From UHGV virus genome UHGV-0197534: a DNA stretch of 35,469 nucleotides. One strand, written 5' to 3'. A program made the translations under genes and the position numbers. The notes beneath the pieces are model-generated. The model was not told where the DNA came from, made no database searches, and saw nothing but the letters and a program-made list of their open reading frames with translations. Source of the stretch: a virus. This document shows positions 6,215 through 17,143 of this stretch, one piece after another; position 1 is the stretch's first letter; each line of letters opens with the position of its first letter.

Positions 6215-8854
6215 TTAGATACGATAAAACAAATCAAACGCCGCATACGTAGCTCTTTGTTCCCAGTTCGTTCCTGTCGTGAGATAACCAAATTTTATAT
6301 TTGCATCTGCTATAGACGAATCATTCGCAGAATAGCCGCCAACTCCAACCGAAACTGGCACAAACGTAAATCCTGTAATTTTTGTTGCTCTGACATACCC
6401 AATCAAGTTTAATGAGTGTCTAGGAATCGCCCAAGATTCCAGAGCACAAATATACACACCAACATCATTTTGACCTGCAGTTACATTTACCCGGATATGG
6501 ATTTCGCCGTTAGAGGTTTCTTCCATATAAGTTGGCCCTCCCAAATTAACATTATTAGGTTGCATACCACTACGAAGTGCTGGCTCAAAGTACCTGAGAT
6601 TCCCACTTGGATCATTTGTACTGATATAGTCTAAGCCCATCTCTGCGTACTTTTGATGATCAGAGTAGGGTACTACCCAAATTCCTACATCCAAACCCGA
6701 ATCATGGTATTGATCAACTAAAGACTGAGTTACAAACGATTTGGTAGACTCGAAGCTAGGTACAAAATGATTTTCTATACATTTTTCGAGCACATCCGAC
6801 GTGTAATCGCTGAGAAGCCAATGCATCACAGTCGAAGGCATTCGTTTTCTCATTTTCACTAAAACATCGTACGTAAAACAAATAATCACACACTTATTTT
6901 CGAGACCTTTTCTACGAATAGTAGTAACTATCGAATCTAATTGCGTATCAGTAAAGTCCGTTTTAAGTGGTGTGATTTCAATAACTGGTACAATTCTTGC
7001 CTTCAAACAAGCGTTTAGATATTGATCAAAAGTTGGTATTTTCTTTTCTGCATCAGATAAAGTACTAATACCATTACCTGTATCTAGTCTTAGAGCATCA
7101 ATTTGACTGGATGTTTTATCCATAAAATTCCCTGTTCCGTTAGTCATGCGATCAACTGCCTTATCATGAAAACAATACCATTTACCATCCGTGGATAATT
7201 GAATATCTGTTTCTGCCCCCCAGTGTCTTGTTGTCTTTTCAAATGCTACAAGTGAATTTTCAGGATAAAAATAACTATTACCACGATGAGCAATAAACTT
7301 AGTTCCCGAAGTAAACGGTTGTCCGAAATTTCTATCCACTAAATTTCTTGTAGTTTTTGGAACCATGAAACGTTCTTCGCTGATTGCTGCTTCTGCTTCA
7401 GGTTGAGTAGCTGTTGTATAATTATCTACTTTTCCTAATCCCACTTTTTCTTTTGTCAGATCAGTTTTTTTAGCATAAGTTGCTTCAGCGTCGGACTTAT
7501 TTGTAAAATTTTTGTCGACTTCCTCTTCAGAATACGCACCAACCTGTTCAGCAGTAACATTATGTGGATTATCATTACGAGCAACATATTCTTGAAATTC
7601 TTCTAAATCTGCTTTTAAAGCTAAATCAGCCTCATTTGCAAATCCTGCCTTATTCAAAACAGATAATGGATTTAAGGATACCTTCAATTGAACACCAACG
7701 TAGTCTGTTGTCACACTAGAAGCAGTGACACCATTCGAACTATCGGTATGCGAATTTATCTCGATAAAACCTTTTGAATCAATGAAGTTACTGTCAGTGA
7801 TTTCTACAGTAAAATCAGTAAAATCAGTTGCATCACCTTGGATTTTAGTAGTGTATGAACCAGTTGATTCTAGGAAAACACCGACCTTTAAATTTTTATT
7901 ATTCGGCGACGTTGCCTTTGCTCGTGTCGTAATAGAAAAGGAAATAAAATTGTCTTTGATATATTTTACTTTTTCCGATAAAGACATTCCTTCAAAGATT
8001 CGTGGTGCTAATTGCTCAATAGATACGATTGTATTATAGGAACCGCGATTTTGAGGAATGACGCTCCCTTGACTTGAACCCACTGTTACCCCTTGGTCAT
8101 CCCTGCCAGCTAACTTGTTGTAGTTTTCTTGAGTGATTTCATTCCATGGATCAGTAGGTTTTTTCAAACTTGTTGATGTATAGTCAGTATAATAACTATG
8201 AGGATTCGCAGCAGTGTTGCCAGCAACTTTACCTGAGAAATCCATCATTAATGGAACAACAACTGGACCACTAAATAATTGAATAGCATCGGCATTTGTT
8301 AATCGAGTGCTAAAGTCAGCTAACAATCTATTTTGCAAAGTATTCTGCTTCACGCCCTGCGAATCTGTCCGTGCCTGAACAATTTCAGGATTACTATCTC
8401 CTGATTCTGCCACTAAATCATCAAATTCATTTCGTAGCGCATCGAACTCCTGCTTATTTTGATTTGCACGTCCGACAGCTTGGTTAGAACTTTCAACTGC
8501 AGTTTTTGAATCCGCAACAGCTTGATCGGCTTTTTTATTGGCCTCAGCTCCGGCAGTCTCGGCAATATTCTTAGCTTCTTGACCAGCGACAGTAGCAATA
8601 TTTGTCGCTTCTGTTGCGGCTGTAGATGCCGTTTGTTTTGCTTCTGCTGCCGCTGTATCTGCTGTTGTCTTTGCAGCCTGTCCAGCATCGGTGGCAATCT
8701 TTTTAGCATCTTTAATCCCTTGATCCAGCTCAGTTCCATATTGATCAACCTTAGTTGAAGAGTCATTCGCTAAATCGATCGCTTGGTTAATTTTTTCACG
8801 CCCTCGGTTCAGCGTGTCTGTTTCTTGGATATGCTCAACGGCCAAAATGATCAC
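6215..8854 (-). CDS. Tail fibre / receptor-binding protein with glycerophosphodiester phosphodiesterase (GDPD) domain
   Basis: 879 aa. N-terminal Ala/Thr/Glu-rich repeats. Central region carries GDPD motifs (IAHRG, PENS, AF, ETDIQLSTDGKWYCFHD). Position between Tal and holin. Confidence 0.75.
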   Translation of the reverse strand: MIILAVEHIQETDTLNRGREKINQAIDLANDSSTKVDQYGTELDQGIKDAKKIATDAGQAAKTTADTAAAEAKQTASTAATEATNIATVAGQEAKNIAETAGAEANKKADQAVADSKTAVESSNQAVGRANQNKQEFDALRNEFDDLVAESGDSNPEIVQARTDSQGVKQNTLQNRLLADFSTRLTNADAIQLFSGPVVVPLMMDFSGKVAGNTAANPHSYYTDYTSTSLKKPTDPWNEITQENYNKLAGRDDQGVTVGSSQGSVIPQNRGSYNTIVSIEQLAPRIFEGMSLSEKVKYIKDNFISFSITTRAKATSPNNKNLKVGVFLESTGSYTTKIQGDATDFTDFTVEITDSNFIDSKGFIEINSHTDSSNGVTASSVTTDYVGVQLKVSLNPLSVLNKAGFANEADLALKADLEEFQEYVARNDNPHNVTAEQVGAYSEEEVDKNFTNKSDAEATYAKKTDLTKEKVGLGKVDNYTTATQPEAEAAISEERFMVPKTTRNLVDRNFGQPFTSGTKFIAHRGNSYFYPENSLVAFEKTTRHWGAETDIQLSTDGKWYCFHDKAVDRMTNGTGNFMDKTSSQIDALRLDTGNGISTLSDAEKKIPTFDQYLNACLKARIVPVIEITPLKTDFTDTQLDSIVTTIRRKGLENKCVIICFTYDVLVKMRKRMPSTVMHWLLSDYTSDVLEKCIENHFVPSFESTKSFVTQSLVDQYHDSGLDVGIWVVPYSDHQKYAEMGLDYISTNDPSGNLRYFEPALRSGMQPNNVNLGGPTYMEETSNGEIHIRVNVTAGQNDVGVYICALESWAIPRHSLNLIGYVRATKITGFTFVPVSVGVGGYSANDSSIADANIKFGYLTTGTNWEQRATYAAFDLFYRI
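8464..8764. repeat. Low-complexity Ala/Thr/Glu/Lys-rich coding repeats in the tail-fibre N-terminus
   Basis: Iterated GCAGC/GCTGC-rich units give shadow ORFs on both strands (8522..8758 +, 8413..8766 -). Confidence 0.5.
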
Positions 8855-8858
8855 CTAC

Positions 8859-9032
8859 CTATTCATTAATTTTTCTAATTGAATCAATTGTCATTTTTTG
8901 CTCGATATGGTCACCGAGTAAAATAAAAGAACTAACCGTTTGATCAGTCAGTTCCGCATAAAGTTCATCCATTGTTTTATTTGTTTCAGCGTCAAACTCT
9001 TCACCGCTGATTTTTTTAATCTTAATCTTCAC
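8859..9032 (-). CDS. Hypothetical small protein
   Basis: GTG at 9032 with GGAAGGAG RBS 9 nt upstream; 57 aa. Confidence 0.4.
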   Translation of the reverse strand: MKIKIKKISGEEFDAETNKTMDELYAELTDQTVSSFILLGDHIEQKMTIDSIRKINE

Positions 9033-9234
9033 TATTTTGTTCTCCTTCCGATACGTCAAAAAGTTCAATCGCGCAAACATTTATAGGTTTGACCGTTAAA
9101 CTATCAGTCAAAACAATAAATTTTTTTGAGCTATAATTTTTCTCAACCTTATTTTTTAATGGTTTCAAATTTTCTAATTCTCCAAACACTTTCAACTCGA
9201 TTCCATTTTCTAAGATTAGTTGCAATGCGTACAT
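9022..9234 (-). CDS. Hypothetical small protein downstream of Tal
   Basis: ATG at 9234 with AGGAGG RBS 9 nt upstream; 70 aa. Confidence 0.45.
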   Translation of the reverse strand: MYALQLILENGIELKVFGELENLKPLKNKVEKNYSSKKFIVLTDSLTVKPINVCAIELFDVSEGEQNSED

Positions 9235-11318
9235 TAAAATTGACCTCCTAATTGAGACTGAATGAATACGCGACAAGTCACTTGTGCTTCAATACGAGCA
9301 AGCTTGTTCGGTTTAATTTTGATTGTGTGGTTTCCGCGTTGAATCTTCCCACTGCTTGTCTTTCTCAGATAGTCTACGATATTCAATCGACTTTGACTTG
9401 TTTCATGTTTAGGAATAGTCGTTCCATCAACAATAATGTCAACACTAGATGCCGACTCACTCGCTTGGAAAATTCCCCACTCAAGGGGATGCGTGTGTTC
9501 TGGAAGTACAACATTATGTTTATGACTTGGCAGTTTCACATTGTGTCTATGACTTGGTAATGTCACTTTATGAGTATGACTAGGGATGGTCACTCTATGC
9601 GAATGATTAGGTATGCTGATACCGAAACCGTGCGAGTGACTAGGAATACTGATATTGAATCCATGAGAATGACTTGGTACATCAACAGTGTGCGCGTGAT
9701 TACCTGAAGATGTAGCTGTTCTAAACACACTACCGGCATACTCAGCATATAAGACACCGCCGCCACCTGCATTTAACATCGCTTTTCCAACAGAAGGAGG
9801 AGGCCCAACGGCAGTTCTGAACATAACATGATCATGATTTCCCCCAGCACTAGAAGACCTCAAAGAACCGCCGCCAGCATTAGTTGACCCACCTTGATAC
9901 GATCCTCCGCCTGCGCTTGTAGATCCACCTTGGTATGAACCACCACCGCTAGTCGTAGATGCAACAGAACCGCCGCCGCCTTGACTGGTTACAACACTTG
10001 AGCCACCAGACTCACTGGTAATTACTGTAGAACCGCCGGACTCACTTGTGATAGTTTTTGCACCGCCGCCTTTCACTGCTTTCGTGTATCCGCGATAACG
10101 CTTCGTTTTGAAGGTCAGTTCAACAGTATTCACATGGAAAACATCATCATCCAAGTAAAATTCTATTTCAGCTGGATATGCTGCTTCACAATTATCCTGA
10201 TAGGAATAATTCAAGATGTTTGTTGCACCTTGAGAATACGTTTCATTGATTTGCTGTTTTCGGTTGAGGTCAGACATTGTTGTGTTGATGTCATCCTTCA
10301 AGTTACCAAGTTCTAACTCAAGTTCCTGCGGCGCTCCAAATACGTCTGATTTAGATTCCTTCTTTATCCGCAAGTTAAAGGAACCGTATTCGTTTGTATT
10401 GATCATCACGACAGTTCCTTGTCGCAACTTATCAATATCAAGTGGTGAATCAGTCAACTTGATTAAATCGGATGCCTTTACTTTCCAAGACACTTTTGGA
10501 ATTGACCATTTTTTCAGCATATTTAACGCATTATCTTTTAAAGCTTGAGCAATGGTAAAACGCTGATCCGCCCAAACGTATTCGATTAATCCATATTTTT
10601 TGATTGAGTCAGTATCTTCTACATATTCCTTACCGCCGTTCACTGATTTGATGTTCAGTTGATTTATACCTTCACCGGCTCCGAGCGGATAAACCCGATT
10701 AACTAAATTATTCGGATCAGTCTCTATCTCAAAACCTTCCATGTTGTACCCTTCTTGAATCCGACAAATTGGTTCAGTCGGCGGCTTAACAAGGGATAGC
10801 TCAAAAGGATAAACTTGCGTATTCCATTGCCAAATGTAGTCCTCGTCAAATGCTGCCGGAATAGAAAACAATGCATCAGCAAGGCCGTTCTCATTTTCCC
10901 ATGCATAGCTGAAATACCTTGTGAACTCACATTTCTTAAGAACCCAATGCTTTGTTTTTTGCTTACCTAGAATGTAATTGATCACATCTGTAGTTGTTCG
11001 ATTAACTAATTCATGATAACCAAAAAGGACGCTATCCAATAACGTCCCTAGCACATGCATTGCAGTGTATTTAATTGTGTAATTGCTTTTGTCTTTCTGG
11101 ATCGTTGACGGCATTATCCGATATAATCCGACGTATTCATCTTCATTATCCGTAAGCTCCACATACTGCAAAGCTTGAATCATTGCGTTTTTCGTGTCAT
11201 ATAATGGCATCGAAAATTCAATTGATCCGATTTCATTTTCAATTTTTTCATACCCAACATCGTAAGCATTTTCTAGGATAGCTGTATACTCACGACTTAG
11301 GTTCATTGCCATTAACAA
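9234..11318 (-). CDS. Tail-associated lysin-like / baseplate hub protein (Tal) with Gly-rich and His-rich repeat regions
   Basis: 694 aa, downstream of Dit. N-terminal roughly 380 aa typical of siphovirus tail endopeptidase-like Tal. Gly/Ser-rich tract (GGGSYQGGST ...) and HxH nonapeptide repeats near the C-terminus. Confidence 0.75.
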   Translation of the reverse strand: MLMAMNLSREYTAILENAYDVGYEKIENEIGSIEFSMPLYDTKNAMIQALQYVELTDNEDEYVGLYRIMPSTIQKDKSNYTIKYTAMHVLGTLLDSVLFGYHELVNRTTTDVINYILGKQKTKHWVLKKCEFTRYFSYAWENENGLADALFSIPAAFDEDYIWQWNTQVYPFELSLVKPPTEPICRIQEGYNMEGFEIETDPNNLVNRVYPLGAGEGINQLNIKSVNGGKEYVEDTDSIKKYGLIEYVWADQRFTIAQALKDNALNMLKKWSIPKVSWKVKASDLIKLTDSPLDIDKLRQGTVVMINTNEYGSFNLRIKKESKSDVFGAPQELELELGNLKDDINTTMSDLNRKQQINETYSQGATNILNYSYQDNCEAAYPAEIEFYLDDDVFHVNTVELTFKTKRYRGYTKAVKGGGAKTITSESGGSTVITSESGGSSVVTSQGGGGSVASTTSGGGSYQGGSTSAGGGSYQGGSTNAGGGSLRSSSAGGNHDHVMFRTAVGPPPSVGKAMLNAGGGGVLYAEYAGSVFRTATSSGNHAHTVDVPSHSHGFNISIPSHSHGFGISIPNHSHRVTIPSHTHKVTLPSHRHNVKLPSHKHNVVLPEHTHPLEWGIFQASESASSVDIIVDGTTIPKHETSQSRLNIVDYLRKTSSGKIQRGNHTIKIKPNKLARIEAQVTCRVFIQSQLGGQF
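9490..9700. repeat. Tandem 27-33 nt coding repeats encoding [IL]PSHxHxVx (HxH) units
   Basis: Recurring ATGACTTGG / ATGACTAGG units on the plus strand. Protein repeats VPSHSHGFNIS, IPSHSHGFGIS, IPNHSHRVT, IPSHTHKVT, LPSHRHNVK, LPSHKHNVV, LPEHTHP. Confidence 0.7.
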
Positions 11319-11330
11319 GTAATCAGCTCC

Positions 11331-12236
11331 CTATAAATATCGATTCGAATATTTTATTGTCAATTGAAAATCACCATCACGACCACTAACATATAATGGT
11401 TCTTGAGGATAGATGTAAAAATCGTTCATAGGTCGAATCAATGCTTTTCCATTTTTGGTAATATTAAACGTTTGAGTATCAATTTCAATTGTTGCATTAT
11501 CGAAGTCACCCAAATTGATTGTGTCGCTACGAGTTCGAATCTGCACATCTCGACCCATACCTTTGATAGTAATAAGTGGCTTCACTTTTAAACCTTCAAC
11601 CGTTGGGTAAATTTCAAACGGCTGCGCTTCTTTACCTGTGTCACCCATCAGATAGCCTTGGTGTTGGAAAGTGATAATATCAGACCCCCAATAAGCGCCA
11701 CCTTCAAAAATGATCGGCATTAGAACGGCGCCCGATCCAGTATTCCCTAACAAATAGTTCGCCTGAAATGTAATGATTTCTGATCCCCACATTACGGACG
11801 TTGCATCGCTTTTCGTATACTTGTACGGATCGCCACAAGTGATTGTGAAGCTACCAGTCGCCCAATAATGACCAGAATCTACTTTATCTATTGTTGCCTT
11901 TGTTCCTTTGAAGATCATTTCTGGTTCATCGTTGAACCAAATTGGCACTTCTTTTTCGGTGAACAAAGCCACGTTCAGTTTGTTGAACTTGTCTCTGTAG
12001 GATGAATCATCTTCGGCTTTCAAAAAGAACTTAACTTCAAGCTCTCGTGCTGGAATTCGATTATAGATGTGTCTTTCGCCATCTCGAATTCCAAGTTGAG
12101 AATACTCATTATTCGTTTCAAAAAGTTCCCTTCCCTCAACATCAAGTGTTGTGTATCCAGGAACCAAGTCTTCTAAAAACTTGCCATCAATGTTCATTGC
12201 TCTTGCAGGTAATTTCTTTTCAAGTGTTACTGTCAT
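11331..12236 (-). CDS. Distal tail protein (Dit)
   Basis: 301 aa immediately downstream of the tape measure (4-nt overlap); siphovirus tail family protein position. Confidence 0.7.
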   Translation of the reverse strand: MTVTLEKKLPARAMNIDGKFLEDLVPGYTTLDVEGRELFETNNEYSQLGIRDGERHIYNRIPARELEVKFFLKAEDDSSYRDKFNKLNVALFTEKEVPIWFNDEPEMIFKGTKATIDKVDSGHYWATGSFTITCGDPYKYTKSDATSVMWGSEIITFQANYLLGNTGSGAVLMPIIFEGGAYWGSDIITFQHQGYLMGDTGKEAQPFEIYPTVEGLKVKPLITIKGMGRDVQIRTRSDTINLGDFDNATIEIDTQTFNITKNGKALIRPMNDFYIYPQEPLYVSGRDGDFQLTIKYSNRYL

Positions 12237-14968
12237 CGGAAACTACCTCGCAATCCACGCCGTCCATCTTGGCGTTGTTGTCTCTTGTACAATGCCTCTG
12301 CAATCTTTTCGATGTCAGCCTCTTCTCGTACAACAAACGTTGCTCCGTCCATCATGCCGTGGTTATCAATGATTACTGAAGAGTCACCACCGTATTCACC
12401 GCTTGCTTGTCTTGCACTAATATTTTGTGCATCGATCGATGCTGCAGCAAAGGACAATTGAGTATTCAATGAATCATCTGTAAATGGACTTGTGTCAATG
12501 CTATTGGTAATTATGTCCTGTATTTCGCCTGCAACACCTAAGATTGTTCGCTTAACGTTAGAAAATCGATCTATTAGACCATTGTTTAGCGAATCCATAA
12601 TCGCATTACCAGCTGGGATCAATAGTATCTTATCGTAACTAATTGGGCCTTTATGGTCTTTGATCCAGTCACCAATACCACCGATAAAGCTTTTTACATC
12701 TTCATATTTCTGTCTAAGTCCATTCAAGAACCCTTCGATGATCGCTTGACCAGCTGCGAAAAGATCAATTTGAGATAATGAATCGAATACGCCTCTTATT
12801 GTTTCAATCGCATTAGATATAGTATTTTTGGCGCCTTCCATGAAATTTGATATTGTAGCGACAATACCTTCAAAGATGCTAGAAACAATCTGTTTGATTC
12901 CTTCCCAAACCTGTGACCAGTCACCCTTGATTGCTCCTGTGATTGCTTTAATTATCCCTTGAATCACACCCATCACGGTTTGAATGACAATACTAATCTG
13001 ATTGAAGATGGTAGTTATCGTTGATAGCAAATTATTTACCACACCAGTTATCAGAGCTTTAATTGCTCCCCATACTGCGGAAGTGAAATTTTGAATCGTT
13101 GATCCCCATGTATTCCAGAAATTCTGGATATTGGTCAACACGGTTTGAATTACTAATTGCACTAGATTAAGTATGGATTGAATGGTAGTCATAATGGAAT
13201 TCCAAATAGTTTGAGCAGTTGTCAAAAACGATTGTTGATTTGCATTCCACCATGCAGTGACTGCACCCCAAATCGTTTTAATAAACTCAGCTATTCCAGA
13301 AATAAGTGGACTTAATAATTCAGAAATAGTTGTCCATATTTGAATGACTGCCTCTTTGAAGCCTTCATTCGTATTCCATAGATAAACGAATGCAGCGGTT
13401 AAAGCTCCTACTGCAATTGCTACCACACCAACTGGTCCTAATAACGTAGTAAACACTGTGATTAAGCCTTTGATTCCAAGATTCGAAAGACCTAGAAAAA
13501 CTGTTTTTAATGCTCCTGCTGCAACAGATAATTTACTAAAAATGGCTACCACACCGGTAACGGCTTTGAATGCTCCGAATCCAGCAACTAGGGCTGTTAA
13601 TGCAACTCCTAAGCCTTTCATGATTCCCTCGTTAGCACGAACCCAATCAATCATTTTCTGTAATGCTGGTACGACTGTATTCATGACTACTTCCATAACT
13701 GCCGCACTCAGATCCCAAAAGATTTGAAGTACCTTGTCCAAAATGGGAACGACAAATTCCACAATCCCATCAAAGGCCATTCGAAAAACATCGATCGCTA
13801 ACGGGATAGCATAGGATAACACTGTTGTAATTCCAACAGCCCATGTGCTAATAATTCCACCTAGTTTAGTGAAAACTGGCTCTAAGGAAACAAGCAAGCT
13901 TCTAAAGGAATCATCAAGTTCAGTCAGTCGATCCTTCACTTGGTAGCCCATGTTTTTTACATTCGCTACTACTTGCCCAAAGGCAAACTTTAAATTTGCA
14001 ATTAGCCCTGTGAAAGCTGATGGCAAGCCAACTGAACCAAACATACTTGTAAAAGCTTCTTGTACGTATGGAATTGATGCTTTAATCAAAGTAACGATTG
14101 CACCAGGTATCGCTTTGACAATGTTCATCACCATCGGGATAAAGTTTCCAACAAAGAATGTTGACGTTGTTTCGGCTAATTGATTTAAAGATGGTTGAAT
14201 GTCATGGCCAAGAGCCATTTTACCAAGGACGTTAGACGCTGCGGCTTTCATTGCTGCAAATGATCCGCTGAAGGTTTCAGAGGCTTCTTTTGCGGTTGTA
14301 CCTGTAATGTCTAAGTTTTCTTGAATAGCATGGATCGCGTTGTAAACGTCACTTAGATTATTGATGTCGTATTTAACACCAGTCAGCTTTTCAGCATCGG
14401 CAAGCAGCCTTTTCATTTCTTCTTGAGTACCACCGTAACCTAGTTTCAAGTTATCTAACATGGTATAGTTCTGTTTTGCGAACCCTTGATAGGCGTTTTG
14501 AATATCGCCCATGTTGGTACCCATTTTGTTGGCATTATCTGACATGTCGATCATGGCCATGTTTGCAACGTCTGCAGCTTTCTCGGTGTCGCCCCCTACT
14601 GACTGCAGCAAACTAGCACTAAAACTTGTTACGTTTTCCATGTAATCATTGGCAGATAATCCGGAAGTTCTATATGCTTCATCAGCATATTTTTTCACTT
14701 TATCGGCACTGCCCTTAAACAGGGTTTCGATACCGCCGAGGGATTGTTCAAGATTGGCACCTTCAGTAAGAGCCGCACCGATTGATTTACCAATAGCTGC
14801 AGTAGCAATCACGCCTTTTACAACCGTAACCAATCTACTAGCCAGATTATTCCCAGCACTGGTACCTGCTGCCGAGGCTTCTGGTTCTAGTTGATTTCTG
14901 ATTGCTCCGCTGATTCCTTTTGCAGATGGTACAATCTGAACATAAGCCTGACCTAAATCCGTTGCCAT
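12233..14968 (-). CDS. Tail tape measure protein
   Basis: 911 aa. N-terminus [21 protein letters not shown]. Long hydrophobic/helical central region. Downstream of the G/GT chaperone pair. Confidence 0.85.
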   Translation of the reverse strand: MATDLGQAYVQIVPSAKGISGAIRNQLEPEASAAGTSAGNNLASRLVTVVKGVIATAAIGKSIGAALTEGANLEQSLGGIETLFKGSADKVKKYADEAYRTSGLSANDYMENVTSFSASLLQSVGGDTEKAADVANMAMIDMSDNANKMGTNMGDIQNAYQGFAKQNYTMLDNLKLGYGGTQEEMKRLLADAEKLTGVKYDINNLSDVYNAIHAIQENLDITGTTAKEASETFSGSFAAMKAAASNVLGKMALGHDIQPSLNQLAETTSTFFVGNFIPMVMNIVKAIPGAIVTLIKASIPYVQEAFTSMFGSVGLPSAFTGLIANLKFAFGQVVANVKNMGYQVKDRLTELDDSFRSLLVSLEPVFTKLGGIISTWAVGITTVLSYAIPLAIDVFRMAFDGIVEFVVPILDKVLQIFWDLSAAVMEVVMNTVVPALQKMIDWVRANEGIMKGLGVALTALVAGFGAFKAVTGVVAIFSKLSVAAGALKTVFLGLSNLGIKGLITVFTTLLGPVGVVAIAVGALTAAFVYLWNTNEGFKEAVIQIWTTISELLSPLISGIAEFIKTIWGAVTAWWNANQQSFLTTAQTIWNSIMTTIQSILNLVQLVIQTVLTNIQNFWNTWGSTIQNFTSAVWGAIKALITGVVNNLLSTITTIFNQISIVIQTVMGVIQGIIKAITGAIKGDWSQVWEGIKQIVSSIFEGIVATISNFMEGAKNTISNAIETIRGVFDSLSQIDLFAAGQAIIEGFLNGLRQKYEDVKSFIGGIGDWIKDHKGPISYDKILLIPAGNAIMDSLNNGLIDRFSNVKRTILGVAGEIQDIITNSIDTSPFTDDSLNTQLSFAAASIDAQNISARQASGEYGGDSSVIIDNHGMMDGATFVVREEADIEKIAEALYKRQQRQDGRRGLRGSFR

Positions 14969-15351
14969 TAATCTCCACCTCCGCTCGCTGCTTGTTTAAG
15001 TAACTCTTTTCTTCTTTCTTCGAAATCCTCGCCTGAATTGAATACGACAGTTTCTCTTTGCTTCGTTTTGTTTTGATTGAATGCATCCAAAATCATTGGT
15101 GGACGATTTCTTCCTTTCTGGCCATCTTTCGTCTTGGTCCATAAAAGAACGCTGATTTTGTCAGACAGACCAGCTAAAAGAAGTGTTTCCATTGGTATGA
15201 TTTGATTACTCATTCGCATTTTGATTCTGGAATCTTCACTTAAACCACAAGAAAAGACAGCTACCTTCAATAGAGGTAACTGCCTGTAGTCGTATATTTG
15301 ATAAGTCTCGGCTAGATCACAAATCAATGCATCTTCATCGAGCTTGATCAT
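14968..15351 (-). CDS. Tail assembly chaperone, -1 frame extension (gpT-like part of the G-T fusion)
   Basis: ORF in the -1 frame relative to 15366..15641 and overlapping it; canonical G/GT arrangement before the tape measure. Confidence 0.65.
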   Translation of the reverse strand: MIKLDEDALICDLAETYQIYDYRQLPLLKVAVFSCGLSEDSRIKMRMSNQIIPMETLLLAGLSDKISVLLWTKTKDGQKGRNRPPMILDAFNQNKTKQRETVVFNSGEDFEERRKELLKQAASGGGD

Positions 15352-15365
15352 TCTAGCAAGGGTTA

Positions 15366-15641
15366 TTATTTTTTTAGTTCTGCCTGCTTTTGCAGAATTT
15401 CTGTAATTTCCGCTTCCATTAATTCGCTTGGAACAAATCCATCCTTAGTACGCAAATGGTCCTTTAATTTTTTAGTCTGTTCTTTACCTAACATGAGGTT
15501 CACAACTTTCCCCATTAGAAGAGGATTATCTTCTAGTTCCCCGAGCGTTTCCGCCAATTCATAATTGTTAAGACGGTCTTTAGAAATGTTGTAATCAAAT
15601 CCTGATTTCGTTGTTCCTTGCAAGTTGTCATTTTTGGCCAT
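15366..15641 (-). CDS. Tail assembly chaperone (gpG-like)
   Basis: 91 aa acidic protein between the major tail protein and the tape measure. Ends ...ELKK-stop with an A7 slippery run. Confidence 0.7.
   Translation of the reverse strand: MAKNDNLQGTTKSGFDYNISKDRLNNYELAETLGELEDNPLLMGKVVNLMLGKEQTKKLKDHLRTKDGFVPSELMEAEITEILQKQAELKK
15369..15375 (-). other. Programmed -1 ribosomal frameshift site A AAA AAA
   Basis: Seven A on the minus strand (plus T7 at 15369..15375) in the X XXY YYZ register just before the gpG stop. A -1 shift continues into the 14968..15351 frame ([15 protein letters not shown] ...). Confidence 0.6.
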
Positions 15642-16219
15642 TAGTCGCCTCCTCCTTCAGATGAACTCCCGATTTTCTGAATGTATTCATAGTGAGTGTT
15701 TCCGTCAGTATCGGGAAGTGCTGCAATCGTTGTTTCGTATCCACTAGGTTCATTATCCTTATAACCAATTTCGCCCACCTCTGAAACTTTACCAATAGGA
15801 ATAACAATACGTTTCCAGACGCCGCCTTTTAGTTCCATTTCAGCCACTAAGACATGTTCTTTCATAGGTGTCGAATTGGCTTTGATTGTAATTCCTGTAT
15901 CTAAGGTTCCACTCACATTGTTTTCGCCATAAACTTCTTTCAGCACATATATATTTAATGCTTCAATCAATGTATAGGAGAAAGTATCGGGCTTTTCTGT
16001 TTGCACATTATCAACAACATCGCCGCCCCAAGCCTTGATATTGTCGCTTTCTGGTGAGTTTGAGTTAGTCACTCCATCTTCTGAAATATACCCTAAACTC
16101 TTGAAAGCATCGTCAAGTTTTGTAACTGCGTCTTTTGGCAACACAGTTCCCAGCGGAGCTGAATAAATGGCACCGCCTATTTTCGGTTTTGCTGTTGTCA
16201 CGTTTTGTACATCTGACAT
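15641..16219 (-). CDS. Major tail protein
   Basis: 192 aa; [25 protein letters not shown] ... typical N-terminus. Position upstream of the chaperones. Confidence 0.75.
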   Translation of the reverse strand: MSDVQNVTTAKPKIGGAIYSAPLGTVLPKDAVTKLDDAFKSLGYISEDGVTNSNSPESDNIKAWGGDVVDNVQTEKPDTFSYTLIEALNIYVLKEVYGENNVSGTLDTGITIKANSTPMKEHVLVAEMELKGGVWKRIVIPIGKVSEVGEIGYKDNEPSGYETTIAALPDTDGNTHYEYIQKIGSSSEGGGD

Positions 16220-16230
16220 ATATTTACCTC

Positions 16231-16566
16231 CTAATAATGATTAATGTCATATACCGCTTGATAGCGATATTCTTTCGTTTCTGTATCCGTAAAGTTATAG
16301 TCACTGTTGAGCTTAATCTTACTGATGGAATCAAGCGTGATCATTGATTCAACAGCAATTTTTAATTTTTCGTTCAATGCTGCTGCCTCGTACAAAGAAG
16401 GAGCATAGCTTTGGAAAGCAAACGTTGAAGACGGCAGATAATTGTTGCTGCCACCGCTAGTTTTTTCAAAAAGAATATAAAAGTCAGGCGGTTCTTCAGG
16501 ACGCTCTAAAAAAGACGGTACAGATAAATGACCGTCTAGGAATTCTTTAATTTCAGTCTCGATCAC
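16231..16566 (-). CDS. Tail completion / tail terminator-like protein
   Basis: 111 aa in the conserved head-tail joining gene string. Confidence 0.5.
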   Translation of the reverse strand: MIETEIKEFLDGHLSVPSFLERPEEPPDFYILFEKTSGGSNNYLPSSTFAFQSYAPSLYEAAALNEKLKIAVESMITLDSISKIKLNSDYNFTDTETKEYRYQAVYDINHY

Positions 16567-16803
16567 TTACCGCACCGCCTTCAAAAGTGTATTGTTTTTC
16601 TTGTTGTCTCGTTTGGCTTTGAAAGAATCTGCGTAAACCATCGCATTCGCCCGTGTTTTTCCGACATAAACATCCTGAGCATATCCTTCGCCTGCGCGGT
16701 TTTTAATACCCGTTGCCTTCTCTTCTAAAACGCCCTGCATTTCGGCAGATTTTAGTAATTGGCCAACACCATTATAATTCAGTTTAAATTTCATTTTAGC
16801 CAT
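16567..16803 (-). CDS. HK97 gp10-like head-tail protein
   Basis: 78 aa basic protein in the connector gene string. Confidence 0.45.
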   Translation of the reverse strand: MAKMKFKLNYNGVGQLLKSAEMQGVLEEKATGIKNRAGEGYAQDVYVGKTRANAMVYADSFKAKRDNKKNNTLLKAVR

Positions 16804-17143
16804 AGCGTTCCACCATCACTTTCTTATTCCAGTCGAGCGGAATTAAGTCCTCAATCCCTTCAGTTGGAAAACCGACAGTTCGCCAACGCTTACCAAAGAA
16901 TTTCACTTCTTTATTTTCCCAATCGTGAGAGTCGCCCTTTGGAATGGCTATCGTGTAAACAGCTTTCTTTCCTGTCAAATTCAATTGATTTACGACATCA
17001 TCAGTGGATGTCGGTTGAATCAAGACATTTTCAACTTCAATATCCTTATCTTCATAAATGGGTTTATCAAATGGGTCTCTTCCAATCTCTACTTTATCAA
17101 CAAGGATAATTGTTATGCCTTTCAATTTGGCCATAAGGTTCAA
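16796..17143 (-). CDS. Head closure / head-tail adaptor protein
   Basis: 115 aa in the connector gene string. Confidence 0.55.
   Translation of the reverse strand: MNLMAKLKGITIILVDKVEIGRDPFDKPIYEDKDIEVENVLIQPTSTDDVVNQLNLTGKKAVYTIAIPKGDSHDWENKEVKFFGKRWRTVGFPTEGIEDLIPLDWNKKVMVERYG

Noticed and set aside
8413-8766. Cys-rich 78-aa ORF (8522..8758 +) and 117-aa ORF (8413..8766 -)
   Set aside because: Both lie entirely within the Ala-rich coding repeat of the 879-aa tail-fibre gene. They are frame shadows of the GCAGC/GCTGC-rich repeat and have no RBS.
12233-14968. Several 60-110-aa ORFs on the plus strand inside the tape-measure gene (for example 13458..13727, 13950..14183, 14649..14894)
   Set aside because: They are antisense to a long, clearly coding tape-measure gene; the products are Ala/Pro-rich shadows.
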